Assembly (NCBI GenBank): GCA_965213705.1 | Contig: OZ243913.1 | Coordinates: 2,720,001-2,784,000 of the forward strand | Direction: 5' to 3' | DNA: 64,000 nucleotides | Source of the DNA: Trueperaceae bacterium | GTDB taxonomy: Bacteria > Deinococcota > Deinococci > Deinococcales > Trueperaceae | Shown here: positions 40,346 through 52,167 of the stretch, piece after piece | Layout: each line of letters opens with the position of its first letter | How positions within the stretch are numbered: the stretch's first letter is position 1 | Made by a program: the position numbers and the translations under genes | The notes under the pieces: generated by a model | Seen by the model: only the letters and a program-made list of their open reading frames with translations | Databases searched by the model: none | Told to the model about the DNA's origin: nothing

Positions 40346-42766
40346 TCAATACGCCTCAATGTAGAGGTTGTAGCTTCCCTCCGCCGTGCCCACCCCCTCC
40401 ACGACGACGTAGTAAACCTGACCCGCCGTTAATGAGAAATAGAGGTATGAATCAGAAAAGCCATTGCAACCCCCACCATATTTACTACCAAATGCCACCT
40501 CGGTACCGTTGGCGTCCAGAAGGCGCAAGTAGGTGTCGAAGCTGGTGCAGTAACTATAGATGTAAACCCGAGACGTCCCTGCCGGAACGGTGAACTTGTA
40601 GATGTGGTCGCCCGAAGGGTTTCCGAGGTCGTTCGTGGCGCCCACCGTGGAGTTAAAGGTGTGGTAGTCGTAACCGTAATTAGACCAGTTGACAACAAAG
40701 TCCTCCACAACCACCCCGACGGTCACCATGAAACTCTGCATGACGGTCGCGGTGCCGTCGGTGAGGCTCAGCACCACCTCGTAGTCGCCCGCGTCGGCGG
40801 GGGTGCCGCTCAAGGTGGCGCTGCCGTTGCCGTTGCCCGTCAGCGTGAGCCAGGCGGGTTTGGTCGTGGCGACAAGGGTGAGGGTGTCGCCCGTGTCCGG
40901 GTCGGTGGCGGTCACGCCGTAGCTGTAGGCTGCGTCTTTACGACCCGTCGTGACCGGCGTGCTCGTGAAAGCGGGGGCGTCGTTCACCGGCGTGACGGTA
41001 ATGTTCACTGTAACCGTCGCCGAATCCAGGGAGTTGTCGCTGACCCTGAAAGTAAAGCTGTCTGAACCGTTGAAGTCCTTGTTTGGGGTGTAGGTCAGGT
41101 TCGGCGCGGTGCCGGAGAGAGTGCCGTGGACGGGCTGCGTCACGACCGCGTAGGCCAGGGTGTCGCCGTCGACGTCGGCCCCCGTGAGCGTGACGTTGAG
41201 GGCCGTGTCTTCGGCCATCGTTAGGGTTTGGGCGTTGGCTGTCGGCGTGTCGTTGACGCTCTCGACAATCACGTTCACCGTGACCGTGTCGGTCAGCGTG
41301 CCGTCGGACACCGAAACCTTGAAACTGTCGCTGCCAAAGAAGTTCGCCTCGGGGCTGTAGCCGACCACGCCGTTCGTCACGCCGGCGCTGCCGTGGTCGG
41401 GGTTGCTGCTCACGCTCCAACTCAGGGTAGCGCTGTCAACATCCGAGGCGCTCAGGGTAAGGGTGAAGGGAATCGGGCTGCCGTCTTCGGACACAACGAC
41501 GGTGACAGGGTTGCTCCCGGCGATTTCAGGCGCGTCGTTCACGGCGGTTACCAGGATGATGACCGTTACTACAGCCGAGTCGTCATTGCCGTCGTTGGCT
41601 TTGAAGGTAAAGCTGTCCGAACCGTTGAAGTCCTTATTGGGCGTGTAAGTCAGGTTCGGCGCGGTGCCGCTGAGCGTGCCGTTCGTCGGGCCGGAGCCGG
41701 TGACGACGCTGTAGGTGAGCGTGTCGCCGTCGTCGTCGGCAGCGGTGAGCGTGATGGTTACGGCGGTGTCTTCGTCGGTTTGAACCGTTTGTGCTTTCGC
41801 CACGGGCGCGTCGTTCACGACGCCCAAGTTGACCGTCACCGTGGCCGGGGCGGAGGCGAGTTCGCCGTCCGAAACGACGAAAGTAAAGCTGTCCGGGCCG
41901 TTGGCGTTCGCGTTGGGGGTGTACACAACCTTACCCGTGCCCTGGTCGACGGCGCCCAAGCCGCCCTTGCTCGGCTGCCCGAGAATGATGAAGGTGAGTG
42001 CGTCGCCTTCGGGGTCGCTGCCCGTCAGGGTAATCGTAACCGGGGTGTCTTCTTCGGTACTGACTTCCTGGGCGTTGGCGACGGGGGCGGTGTTGACGGC
42101 ACTCACAGTAATGACTACCGTCGCCGCTGCCGAGGTCGCTTGGCCGTCGGACACGGTGAAGGTGAAGCTGTCCGGACCGCTGTAGTCCTTGTTCGGGGTG
42201 TAGGTCAGCTTGGGCGCAGTCCCGGAGAGGCTGCCGTGCGCGGGTTGGGTGACGACCCGGTAAGTGAGGGCGTCACCGTCCGGGTCGCTGCCGGTCAAGG
42301 TGACGGCGACGGCTTTGTTCGCTGGGGTGCTCGAGCTTTGCGCGGCGGCGCTGGGTGCGCGGTTCTTAGCCGGCATAGGCACGCTGCCTTCGGCCTCGGC
42401 GACGGCCGAAGGCTTGGTTGCGCCTTCAGCGGCGACGCCGTAGCGGTAGAGCGTGCCGGGTACGACGTTTTTGTCTTCGTACTGGGTCGTGTTTGCCGCC
42501 ACGGCTGTGAGTTTGGCGAAGCCGTCGTTTTGTTGGGCGTTCAAGCCTTGCGTGGGCATGGTTTGCTTGAAGATGACAAAGCCGGTTTCGTCGTCGCTGT
42601 TGTCTTGCCATCTCAGCGTGATTGCACCTTCGCCCGGCGTCACCGTCAAGCCGGTGGGCGCGGCGGGCGTCGCGGGCGCGTCGGGCGGGATAAAGAAGTC
42701 CCGGTCGCAAGCTGATAAAAGTAGAGCGAGAAACAAAACTGACAGACAGGTGAGCTTGTGGCGCAT
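40346..42766 (-). CDS. Surface lipoprotein with FN3, tandem Ig/cadherin-like repeats and C-terminal PPC-like domain
   Basis: Lipobox LSAC; WQDNS..ETGF FN3; repeated N.AP.A...EDT...DSFTF.V.DG units; GGAGG RBS. Confidence 0.85.
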   Translation of the reverse strand: MRHKLTCLSVLFLALLLSACDRDFFIPPDAPATPAAPTGLTVTPGEGAITLRWQDNSDDETGFVIFKQTMPTQGLNAQQNDGFAKLTAVAANTTQYEDKNVVPGTLYRYGVAAEGATKPSAVAEAEGSVPMPAKNRAPSAAAQSSSTPANKAVAVTLTGSDPDGDALTYRVVTQPAHGSLSGTAPKLTYTPNKDYSGPDSFTFTVSDGQATSAAATVVITVSAVNTAPVANAQEVSTEEDTPVTITLTGSDPEGDALTFIILGQPSKGGLGAVDQGTGKVVYTPNANANGPDSFTFVVSDGELASAPATVTVNLGVVNDAPVAKAQTVQTDEDTAVTITLTAADDDGDTLTYSVVTGSGPTNGTLSGTAPNLTYTPNKDFNGSDSFTFKANDGNDDSAVVTVIILVTAVNDAPEIAGSNPVTVVVSEDGSPIPFTLTLSASDVDSATLSWSVSSNPDHGSAGVTNGVVGYSPEANFFGSDSFKVSVSDGTLTDTVTVNVIVESVNDTPTANAQTLTMAEDTALNVTLTGADVDGDTLAYAVVTQPVHGTLSGTAPNLTYTPNKDFNGSDSFTFRVSDNSLDSATVTVNITVTPVNDAPAFTSTPVTTGRKDAAYSYGVTATDPDTGDTLTLVATTKPAWLTLTGNGNGSATLSGTPADAGDYEVVLSLTDGTATVMQSFMVTVGVVVEDFVVNWSNYGYDYHTFNSTVGATNDLGNPSGDHIYKFTVPAGTSRVYIYSYCTSFDTYLRLLDANGTEVAFGSKYGGGCNGFSDSYLYFSLTAGQVYYVVVEGVGTAEGSYNLYIEAY

Positions 42767-43030
42767 GAAACAAACCTCCGGTAAAGATTTTCCAGCTCGT
42801 TCGCCCCTCGTCCGAGACAACAGCAACTCGGCTCGAGCCGTAGAGCTAACGTAGACAGAAAACTCGGCGGCTGGCGCGCAGAAGTTCACGTTGAACCGTA
42901 GAGTGTCGTTGTTTTCACAGGACGACCGACCCGTTTCCGTACGGTGTTCGGTTTTTAACTTGCGGCTTTTGGTTGGCAGCACGTTTCTTTTGTTACGGTT
43001 GTGACGCGAGGGGCGGCGTAAACTTTACCC

Positions 43031-44323
43031 ATGAAGCGCGCTTCCGTTTTGGTGACCTGGCTCGTCCTGGCGAGTTTGCTGTTCGGCCACGCCCGCGCCG
43101 ACGAACTGTGGCAGAGTGAGCTGGGCCGCGAGCGCGTGTTCAACGCGTTGGTGGGGACCTTCAAAGACAATTACTGGAACCCAGGCTACACCGACTGGGA
43201 CGCCTGGGCGGCGACGTACCACGACGCGGCGGTCGGCTCGGCGACGCGCGCCGACTTCGAGAGCGCGCTACGCCGCATGGTCAACGACTTGGGCGACGAC
43301 CACTCCCGCTTTGTCGGGGCACCGCTGAGCACGCTGCAGCCGGACGCCTCACCTGCGGGCGAGCCGGGGTTGGGGTTTCGCCACGGCTTTTTGGCCGGCA
43401 CGGGCCTGGTTGTCGAGCGGGTCTTTCCCGGTACGCCGGCGGCGACGGCGGGCCTGCGGCGCGGCGACGTGGTGGTGCGTATCGACGGCCAGGACGTGCG
43501 CGACACGGCGCTAAGTGCCGGGAACATCCTGCGCGCCGCGCTCGGCGCGGACGACGTACAGCTCGGCGTGCGCCGCAAAACCCAGTTTTTGACGCTGCAA
43601 GTCGCGCCCGCGCCGATTGTGTTCGAGCGAGTGCAAGACCAACCGCAGGCCGAGATGTTGGACGCCACGACCGGCTACCTTTACTTGCCGAGTTTTAAGA
43701 GCGAGACGACGGCCGAAGAGGTTCACCGCCTGCTCGCCGACCTCACCGAACAGGGTGCCACCTCGCTGGTCCTCGACCTGCGCGACAACTACGGGGGCCG
43801 TCTGGGCGAACTCGGCAAGGTGCTGGGCGCGTTTATCGAGGGGCCCTGGGCCGAGGCCGTCAGCCACGACGCGGTCGTTTGGCGCTCGAGCTACCGGCTC
43901 GACAAGGGCAGCGGCCTCAGCATTTTGGAAACGCTCGACGGCGTTCCGGTAACGAGCGAGGCTTTGAGCGAGCCCGCGCACTTCGCGGGGCCGCTCGCCG
44001 TCGTCGTCAGCCGTTACAACAGCAGTGCGGGCGAAATCGCGCCGCTCGTTTTGCAAGCCCTGGGCCGCGCCGTCGTCGTCGGCGAACAGACCGAGGGCAA
44101 CGTCGAGGCGGTTCGCGGTTTCGACCTGCCGGGCGGCAACTTGGTCTACGTGGCCGTCGCCAACTTGCAGGGCGTCGGCGGCCTCGACTTTACGGGCGGC
44201 GTCACCCCGGAAGTCGCGGCCAGCAGCGACCTCGCCGAGTTGTCCCGCGGTTACGACGCCCCTGTCGCCGAGGCATTGCGGGCGCTCAAGGGGTTGCCCT
44301 TTACGCCGGGCAAGTTCTTTTAG
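43031..44323 (+). CDS. S41 family (carboxy-terminal processing) peptidase with PDZ
   Basis: LGDDHSRF, PA..AGLRRGD, LDLRDNYGG, SSAGEI, GEQTEG. Confidence 0.85.
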   Translation: MKRASVLVTWLVLASLLFGHARADELWQSELGRERVFNALVGTFKDNYWNPGYTDWDAWAATYHDAAVGSATRADFESALRRMVNDLGDDHSRFVGAPLSTLQPDASPAGEPGLGFRHGFLAGTGLVVERVFPGTPAATAGLRRGDVVVRIDGQDVRDTALSAGNILRAALGADDVQLGVRRKTQFLTLQVAPAPIVFERVQDQPQAEMLDATTGYLYLPSFKSETTAEEVHRLLADLTEQGATSLVLDLRDNYGGRLGELGKVLGAFIEGPWAEAVSHDAVVWRSSYRLDKGSGLSILETLDGVPVTSEALSEPAHFAGPLAVVVSRYNSSAGEIAPLVLQALGRAVVVGEQTEGNVEAVRGFDLPGGNLVYVAVANLQGVGGLDFTGGVTPEVAASSDLAELSRGYDAPVAEALRALKGLPFTPGKFF

Positions 44324-44473
44324 GGCTCGAGCGCCCATGAAAGCTTCCCCAACAAAATCCCTGCCAAGAAGCGTTTACTCTCATCTCGCGAGCGTGCTAA
44401 ACTTACGTTTGCTGTTTTGAGGGTTTCGAGAAACTGTGTGCAAGACTCGGTGCCGAACGAAGCGTTGAAAGTT

Positions 44474-44550
44474 TGGTGCGCCCGACAGGATTCGAACCTG
44501 TGGCCTTTCGCTCCGGAGGCGAACGCTCTATCCGGCTGAGCTACGGGCGC
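44474..44550 (-). tRNA. tRNA-Arg(CCG)
   Basis: GCGCCCG acceptor, ttcgc-CT-CCG-GA-gcgaa, GGTTCGAATCC, CCA. Confidence 0.97.
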
Positions 44551-44657
44551 GTGAAGATTTAAGGTAGCATCTTCGGCAGGTCCGAGTCTAGCACCCCAAA
44601 ACATTTTACGACGCGAGAGCAGCCAAACCCGGCGCTCTTAGCTGGAGGGAAGTTGAC

Positions 44658-46868
44658 ATGAAGTTGACAAGACGCACCAACTCAATCATCCTGTGGGTCA
44701 TTTCTATAGGCTTGCTGGTCAGTATGGTCATCGCTTTTACCCCGTCGTTCGGCAACCTGTTCGGGGGCGCGGGCGTCGGCACCAACGTGAGCCCGACGGT
44801 TTTCGAGGTCAACGGGGAGGACGTGACCGAGCTGGACGTCGCGCGCGCCGAGCAGAACCCGCCCTTCAACCTCAACGTAGAGGGCGAGGCGGGCGACGAC
44901 CTGCGTTTGCTGTTGGTCGACAGCCTCGTCGACAACACGGTTTTGAGACAGGCGGCCTCGAAAACCCGCGTTTCGGGTGGCGAGGTCAACGCGGCCGTCA
45001 ACGACTTTCGCGAGTCGCAAAACGTGGCTGGGTCGCGCAACGACCGGGCCTACCTGACCCTTATCAACCGTTTCGGGTTTGACGACGCTTCGTTCCGCGC
45101 TTACTTCCGCGACCAACTTCGGGCGGAGAAATACCAAGAAGCGTTGACCGAAGACGTCACCGTCAGCGACGAAGAGGTTGCCGCGTTTTACGAGGCCAAC
45201 CCGCAGGCTTACCAAACCGAAGCGCGCGTCAGGGCTCGAGAAATCGTCTTGGACGACGAAGCGGTTGCCGCCGACGTGTACGCGCGCGCCGCCGCAGGCG
45301 AAGACTTCGCCGCGCTCGCCACGGAAACGTCTTTAGAGCGCGCCGACCGTGCGGGCGCACTGGGCGCGGCCGAGGGAACGACCGAACCGGAGCCCGTAGG
45401 CCGCGCCGCCCTGCCGACCCCCGTTGCCGACGCGGCCTTCGGGTTGCAAGGACCGGGTTTGACCCAGGTGATTCCTGCCGGGGACCGGTACTACGTCGTC
45501 AAGGTCGAGGACTTCGTCGCAGCCGGGACCAAACCGTTTGAGGAGGTCCGCGACCAGGTCGCGGACGACGCCCTGGCCGCCAAAAAAGCGGGCGTGCTGG
45601 AGGCCGAGTTTGAGGAGTTGCGGGCCGCCGCGAACCTTACTTTCCCTGCCGACAGCGCCTACGACTTAGAGGACACGGTGGTCGCCAGGGTCGGCGACGA
45701 GGACATCAAACGCTCCGAACTGAGCCGGGCGGTCTACCTGTCGCCCCAAATCCAGCAAAGCCTGAGCCCGCAAACCGCCGAACTCGTAACGACCCTGTTC
45801 AAACCGTCGGTGCTCGAGCAGCTTATCAACCGCGACCTCGCTTACCAGGGCGCGGACACACTGGACGCACAGTTTATCGGCAGCAAAGGCCAAGTTGCCC
45901 AAGAAGCGCTCGCTTTTGTGAGCCGCGACGCCGCCGCCAGCGACGAAGAGTTACAGACCTATTACGACGCCAACCAGGACAGTTTTACCGTGCCCGCCAG
46001 CGCCGTGGTGACCCGCACCGATTTTGCCAGCGAAACGGCCGCGAGCGACTTCCGCAACGCGCTGCTGGCCGGTGGCGACCTTCAAGACGCTGCCAACGCT
46101 GCCGGCGGCACCGTACAAGACCTGGGCACGGTGCGCCAGGGCGCACTGCAGCCCGAACTCGACAGCGTCCTGTTCGAAACCGACGCCTTCACCCCCCTGC
46201 CGAACTCGGTCGAAGCGGTGTCCGACGTCCTCGTGCTGAACGAGCCCGCCGAACCCGACCCGGTGGGCGCTGAAACGGGTGGCTCAGACACAGGTGGTGC
46301 TGAAACGGGTGGTACTGAGACGGGTGGTACTGAGACAAGTAGTGCCGACGCAAGCGTGACCACCGACGAAACTATCGACGCCGAAACAGCCGACGCCGAG
46401 GCAGCGACCGAAGCGGAGACCGGCGGGGCCACCGAGACAACGACGCAAGACGTTTACGTCGTCCTCGTCGCCGAACGCACCCCGGCGCGCGTCCGTCCCT
46501 TGAGTGAGGTGCGCGCCCAGGTCGAAAGTGCCGTGCTGCAGACCAAGCGCGCCGAACTCCAAGAGACCTGGCTGACCGGCCTGCGCGAAGAGATAGGCGT
46601 CGAAAACTTGCTTGCCGCCGCGAACCCCGGCGACGGCTTTACGACCGCGCCCCTGGACACCGGCTCGGAAACGGGGGGTGCGCCGCTGGAGGAGGCTCCT
46701 GCAGATACCGGGGCCGAACCTGCTGACCTTGAGGCAATCGACGCTGAAGGTGTCGACCCCGTCATCGACACTGTCCCTGCCGCTGAAGACGCAACGCCGG
46801 CGGACGAGACGACGGACACGCCGAGCACCGACCCGGCAACCGCCCCAACCGAGGAAACGACGCCGTAG
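44658..46868 (+). CDS. PrsA/SurA-like peptidyl-prolyl isomerase with acidic low-complexity inserts
   Basis: N-terminal anchor, VSDEEV..FY, GEDFAALA..S parvulin features. Confidence 0.8.
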   Translation: MKLTRRTNSIILWVISIGLLVSMVIAFTPSFGNLFGGAGVGTNVSPTVFEVNGEDVTELDVARAEQNPPFNLNVEGEAGDDLRLLLVDSLVDNTVLRQAASKTRVSGGEVNAAVNDFRESQNVAGSRNDRAYLTLINRFGFDDASFRAYFRDQLRAEKYQEALTEDVTVSDEEVAAFYEANPQAYQTEARVRAREIVLDDEAVAADVYARAAAGEDFAALATETSLERADRAGALGAAEGTTEPEPVGRAALPTPVADAAFGLQGPGLTQVIPAGDRYYVVKVEDFVAAGTKPFEEVRDQVADDALAAKKAGVLEAEFEELRAAANLTFPADSAYDLEDTVVARVGDEDIKRSELSRAVYLSPQIQQSLSPQTAELVTTLFKPSVLEQLINRDLAYQGADTLDAQFIGSKGQVAQEALAFVSRDAAASDEELQTYYDANQDSFTVPASAVVTRTDFASETAASDFRNALLAGGDLQDAANAAGGTVQDLGTVRQGALQPELDSVLFETDAFTPLPNSVEAVSDVLVLNEPAEPDPVGAETGGSDTGGAETGGTETGGTETSSADASVTTDETIDAETADAEAATEAETGGATETTTQDVYVVLVAERTPARVRPLSEVRAQVESAVLQTKRAELQETWLTGLREEIGVENLLAAANPGDGFTTAPLDTGSETGGAPLEEAPADTGAEPADLEAIDAEGVDPVIDTVPAAEDATPADETTDTPSTDPATAPTEETTP

Positions 46869-46886
46869 ACGCCCCCGTGTGGAGGA

Positions 46887-46923
46887 GCGCCCTCGAGTCT
46901 AAGACTCGAGGGCGCGGTTTTTT
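46887..46923 (+). terminator. Intrinsic terminator built from two CTCGAG sites
   Basis: gcgccctcgagtc-taa-gactcgagggcgc followed by T6. Confidence 0.75.
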
Positions 46924-46977
46924 GGCACCACCCGCTGCTCCCGGGTCCTGCCGAGAATTTCTTGTTACATTGACCCC

Positions 46978-48558
<1,581 letters not shown>

Positions 48559-48807
48559 ACTTTGCTAACACTGAACTTTGCTAAACGCTCGTTCCGAGTT
48601 TAGGGAGGCTGGACAGCAGAGGAGCAGAGGGGTGTGGGGGCAGAGGAGAATTTCACAGTCCTCCGCTCCCTGTCGCCCGAACCCTCTCCCGAGTTCGCCC
48701 ACGCGCCGGGTAGGTATACTAGGTCTACCAAAACGTTTTCGGTAACGAGGTCGGCAACCTCGTTGTGGATGTGTTGTAAACGTGTTTCTCGAGAAAAGGA
48801 GCGAGCG

Positions 48808-49695
48808 ATGGCGAAAAAGAGCAAAAAGAACGGTGACGCCACCGAAGTACCCACGGACGGCGTGCCCAAGGCAATCCGCGAACAGGTCAAAAAGGCGGGC
48901 AAAAAGGACGTCATCGACAAAACGTATCCCTATGACAAAAAGATGAAGGGCAAAGAGTACGAGGCGCAAAAAGAAAACCTGCAGATTGAACTCCTCAAGC
49001 TGCAGCGGCACGTCAACGAAACGGACATGCGCGTCGTCATGGTGTTCGAGGGGCGCGACGCGGCGGGTAAGGGCGGCACCATCAAACGGTTTATGGAGCA
49101 CCTGAACCCCCGCAGCGCGCGGGTCGTCGCGCTCGCCAAACCGACCGAAACCGAAGCGGGCCAGTGGTATTTTCAGCGCTACGTCGAGCAGTTTCCGACC
49201 GGGGGCGAACTGGTGCTGTTCGACCGCTCCTGGTACAACCGCGCCGTGGTCGAACCCGTGATGGGTTTTTGCACGCCGGAAGAGCAACAAGTTTTTTTGC
49301 GTGAAGCGCCGCAACTGGAAAACATCTGGGTCAACGACGGGCTGAAACTGTTCAAGTTTTGGTTTTCGGTGAGCCGCGCCGAGCAGTGGCGGCGCTTTAA
49401 GGCGCGCGAGGAAAGTCGCCTCAAACAGTGGAAGCTGAGCCCGGTCGACCTGGGCTCGCTCGACCGCTGGGACGCCTATACTGAGGCCAAAGAAGCGATG
49501 TTCGCCGCCACCGACACCACCACCGCGCCCTGGACGGTGGTGCGCTCGGACGACAAAAAGCGCGCTCGACTGGCTTGTATGCGCCACGTGTTGCACACGC
49601 TTGAATACCCCGACAAGGACAAAAAAGTCGTCCATCCGCCCGACGCCACGATTTTAGGGCCGAAAGAGCAAGTCTACCCGACCGACGAGTGGTGA
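48808..49695 (+). CDS. ppk2: Polyphosphate kinase 2
   Basis: FEGRDAAGKGG, FDRSWYNRA, WKLSPVD; AAGGAG RBS. Confidence 0.93.
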   Translation: MAKKSKKNGDATEVPTDGVPKAIREQVKKAGKKDVIDKTYPYDKKMKGKEYEAQKENLQIELLKLQRHVNETDMRVVMVFEGRDAAGKGGTIKRFMEHLNPRSARVVALAKPTETEAGQWYFQRYVEQFPTGGELVLFDRSWYNRAVVEPVMGFCTPEEQQVFLREAPQLENIWVNDGLKLFKFWFSVSRAEQWRRFKAREESRLKQWKLSPVDLGSLDRWDAYTEAKEAMFAATDTTTAPWTVVRSDDKKRARLACMRHVLHTLEYPDKDKKVVHPPDATILGPKEQVYPTDEW

Positions 49696-50696
49696 GCCGG
49701 GACACAAAACCTGCGGCGGTTCCTGCGGCGGCGCGTATCGAAGCGGCCGCCCGCACCGTCGACCCCGTTTTTTTGAACACGCCCCAGTTCGAAACCGACG
49801 CGCTCAACGCGCAACTCGGTTTTCGGCTCGTCACCAAAGTCGAAACGCTCAACCCGATTCGCTCGTTCAAAGGGCGCGGCGCGTCGTGGCTCGTCACGGA
49901 GCGGCAAGCTCGAGCCCGGCCGCCCAAGCGGCTCGTCTGCGCCTCAGCGGGCAATTTCGGACAGGGCATGGCTTACGCCTGCCGGACGCGCGGCCTGGCT
50001 TTGACGGTGTTTGCGGCGGAAACGGCGAATCCCTTTAAGCTCGAGCGGATGAAATCTTTAGGCGCTGACCTCGTCCTCACCGGGCATGACTTCGACGCCG
50101 CCAAAAAAGCGGCGCGTGCTTACGCTCAGGACAACGACCTGGTGTTCGTCGAGGACAGCGGCGATATTGAAACGGCGGAGGGCGCGGGTACCGTGGGACT
50201 CGAGCTGGAGGCCTATCCCGACCCCTTGGACACCGTGCTCGTGCCCCTCGGCAACGGCGCGCTTCTCAACGGCGTCGGGGCCTGGTTCAAGGCGAAAGGT
50301 CCTGCCACTCACATCGTCGGCGTGGTCGCGGCGGGCGCTCCGGCGATGGACTTGTCCTGGCGCAGCGGTTCGGTTCAGACAACAGCAACGGCCGAGACCA
50401 TCGCCGACGGCATCGGTGTACGGGTGCCGGTGGCGGTGGCGCTTCAAGCAATGCAGCACACGGTTGACGATATTTTGCAAGTAGCCGATGAAACGCTTTT
50501 AGAAGCGATGCGGTTGGCGCATAGAATGCTCGGACTCGTGCTCGAGCCCGCCGGAGCCGCCGGACTGGCCGCGGCCCTCAGCTACCGCGACAGGTTTGCG
50601 GGTCAACTCGTCGCCACGCCCCTGTGCGGGGGCAATTTAACGGCGGAGCAAACTAAGCGCTGGCTTTTTGCTTCGCCCCCACAGCTTGGGGTCTGA
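49689..50696 (+). CDS. PLP-dependent threonine/serine dehydratase family protein
   Basis: RSFKGRGA, ASAGNFGQG, PLGNGAL, EPAGAAG, GGN. Confidence 0.85.
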   Translation: MVSRDTKPAAVPAAARIEAAARTVDPVFLNTPQFETDALNAQLGFRLVTKVETLNPIRSFKGRGASWLVTERQARARPPKRLVCASAGNFGQGMAYACRTRGLALTVFAAETANPFKLERMKSLGADLVLTGHDFDAAKKAARAYAQDNDLVFVEDSGDIETAEGAGTVGLELEAYPDPLDTVLVPLGNGALLNGVGAWFKAKGPATHIVGVVAAGAPAMDLSWRSGSVQTTATAETIADGIGVRVPVAVALQAMQHTVDDILQVADETLLEAMRLAHRMLGLVLEPAGAAGLAAALSYRDRFAGQLVATPLCGGNLTAEQTKRWLFASPPQLGV

Positions 50697-51834
50697 GCCG
50701 CGGGGCTTCTTTGACCGAAAGCGTGACCAGCAGCGCCGGGACGAGCAGCAAGCCCAACACGGAGAGCGTCGGGATGACGCCGAAGCGTTCAATCAGCGGC
50801 CCGACCGCGCCGTAGAGCAAGCCCGCGAAACCCCAGGTAAACCCCATCAACAGCCCCGACACGGTGGCGATTTGGCGCGGCTCGTGCGCTTGCGCCATCA
50901 CCACCGCGACGGGGATGCCCGCGTTCATGAGCGCGCCGGTGAGCGCCAGCAGGGGCACGTACAGCCAGGTTTCCGGCGGCACCGTGAGCAAGCCGATGTA
51001 AAGGGGAATTGCACAGATCATCGTCGAGACCAAGACGGGTTTCCGCCCGAAGCGGTCGGACAGGGTGCCGCCCAAAAACGCCCCGGCCGTCGCCGCGAAG
51101 CTGTAGACCGACAAAGCCAGCGCGATGCGCCCTTCGGACATACCGCGCTGCGCGTACCAATAAGGAATCGTCGTGGCAAAGCTCATAAACGTCACCGCGC
51201 GCAGCGTCGACATGGCCCAGAGCTTGGCGACCTCGCCACGAAAGACCCTCGCCAGGTCCCGAAACGTCGAGGGCGTAAAGTCGATGTTTGTCAGCGGCGC
51301 TTGCCGCAGCAACAAAAAAGCCGGGACGAACGCCAGCGGCACGAGCCACGCCAGTCCTTTCAAGCCTACGCTCGAGGCCACCCCTATCGAGACGATGGGC
51401 CCGAACGACAAACCCAACTGCCCCGACGAGCCGAAAAAGCTGAGCCAAAATCCTTTGCGGTGCTCGGGCGCGTACTGCCCGACGAGCGCCGCGCCCGACG
51501 CGTGGAACAGCGCCGAACCCAAACCGGCAATCCCGAGCACCAGGGCGAGCGTCCAGGGACTCGGATAAAAACCCATCAAGCCTGCGCCGAGCGCCACCAA
51601 CACCGGCCCCACCGCTGCCAACAGGCGGCGGTCGTAACGGTCGGCGATAAGTCCGGCCACGGGTTGCAGCAGACTGCTTGTCAACGAATACACCGCGACG
51701 AGTAACGACACCGCCCCGTAACTCACCCCGAACGACGCTTGCAAGCGCGGCAACAGCGGGGTCAAAAAAGAGCCGAACATGTCGTTGGTCGTGTGAAGGA
51801 GAGACAGCAGCAGCGGCAGCACGCGCTCAAGCAT
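50653..51834 (-). CDS. MFS transporter (Fsr-like)
   Basis: LLQPVAGLIADRYD, GSALFH, GGTLSDRFGRK. Confidence 0.85.
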   Translation of the reverse strand: MLERVLPLLLSLLHTTNDMFGSFLTPLLPRLQASFGVSYGAVSLLVAVYSLTSSLLQPVAGLIADRYDRRLLAAVGPVLVALGAGLMGFYPSPWTLALVLGIAGLGSALFHASGAALVGQYAPEHRKGFWLSFFGSSGQLGLSFGPIVSIGVASSVGLKGLAWLVPLAFVPAFLLLRQAPLTNIDFTPSTFRDLARVFRGEVAKLWAMSTLRAVTFMSFATTIPYWYAQRGMSEGRIALALSVYSFAATAGAFLGGTLSDRFGRKPVLVSTMICAIPLYIGLLTVPPETWLYVPLLALTGALMNAGIPVAVVMAQAHEPRQIATVSGLLMGFTWGFAGLLYGAVGPLIERFGVIPTLSVLGLLLVPALLVTLSVKEAPRLRPQAVGAKQKASA

Positions 51835-52069
51835 ACGCCTTTTCGTGTCGGCTCGAGGGGGCGAGTTCGCGAGCAAAGTAAAACGTTCGCGCCGAGGTTA
51901 GCCCCGATGTGACGGTCGAAACCTGCCCAGGTCAGAACTCCCTCGGGTCGCGCATACATTCCGCTGACACAGGTTCGGTAGGCTCGCACCGGGGCCGGTC
52001 GCGAGCGTCCTCACGGACGGCTCTAAAGGTTCGCCAAAACGCACCCGGCCGAGACCGACCGCGCGAGGA

Positions 52070-52134
52070 TTGACACACGGCAGTCCACTCGGTAGCATCT
52101 CTTCTAGGCAATTCCGAGTTGTGCACTCGGAATT
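52070..52134 (+). promoter_or_regulatory. Promoter plus palindromic operator of the imelysin operon
   Basis: TTGACA-N17-TAGCAT (52070-52098); AATTCCGAGT-N5-ACTCGGAATT (52110-52134). Confidence 0.65.
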
Positions 52135-52167
52135 AAAAATGCCGTTTCTTTCCGGAAAGGACCCAAC

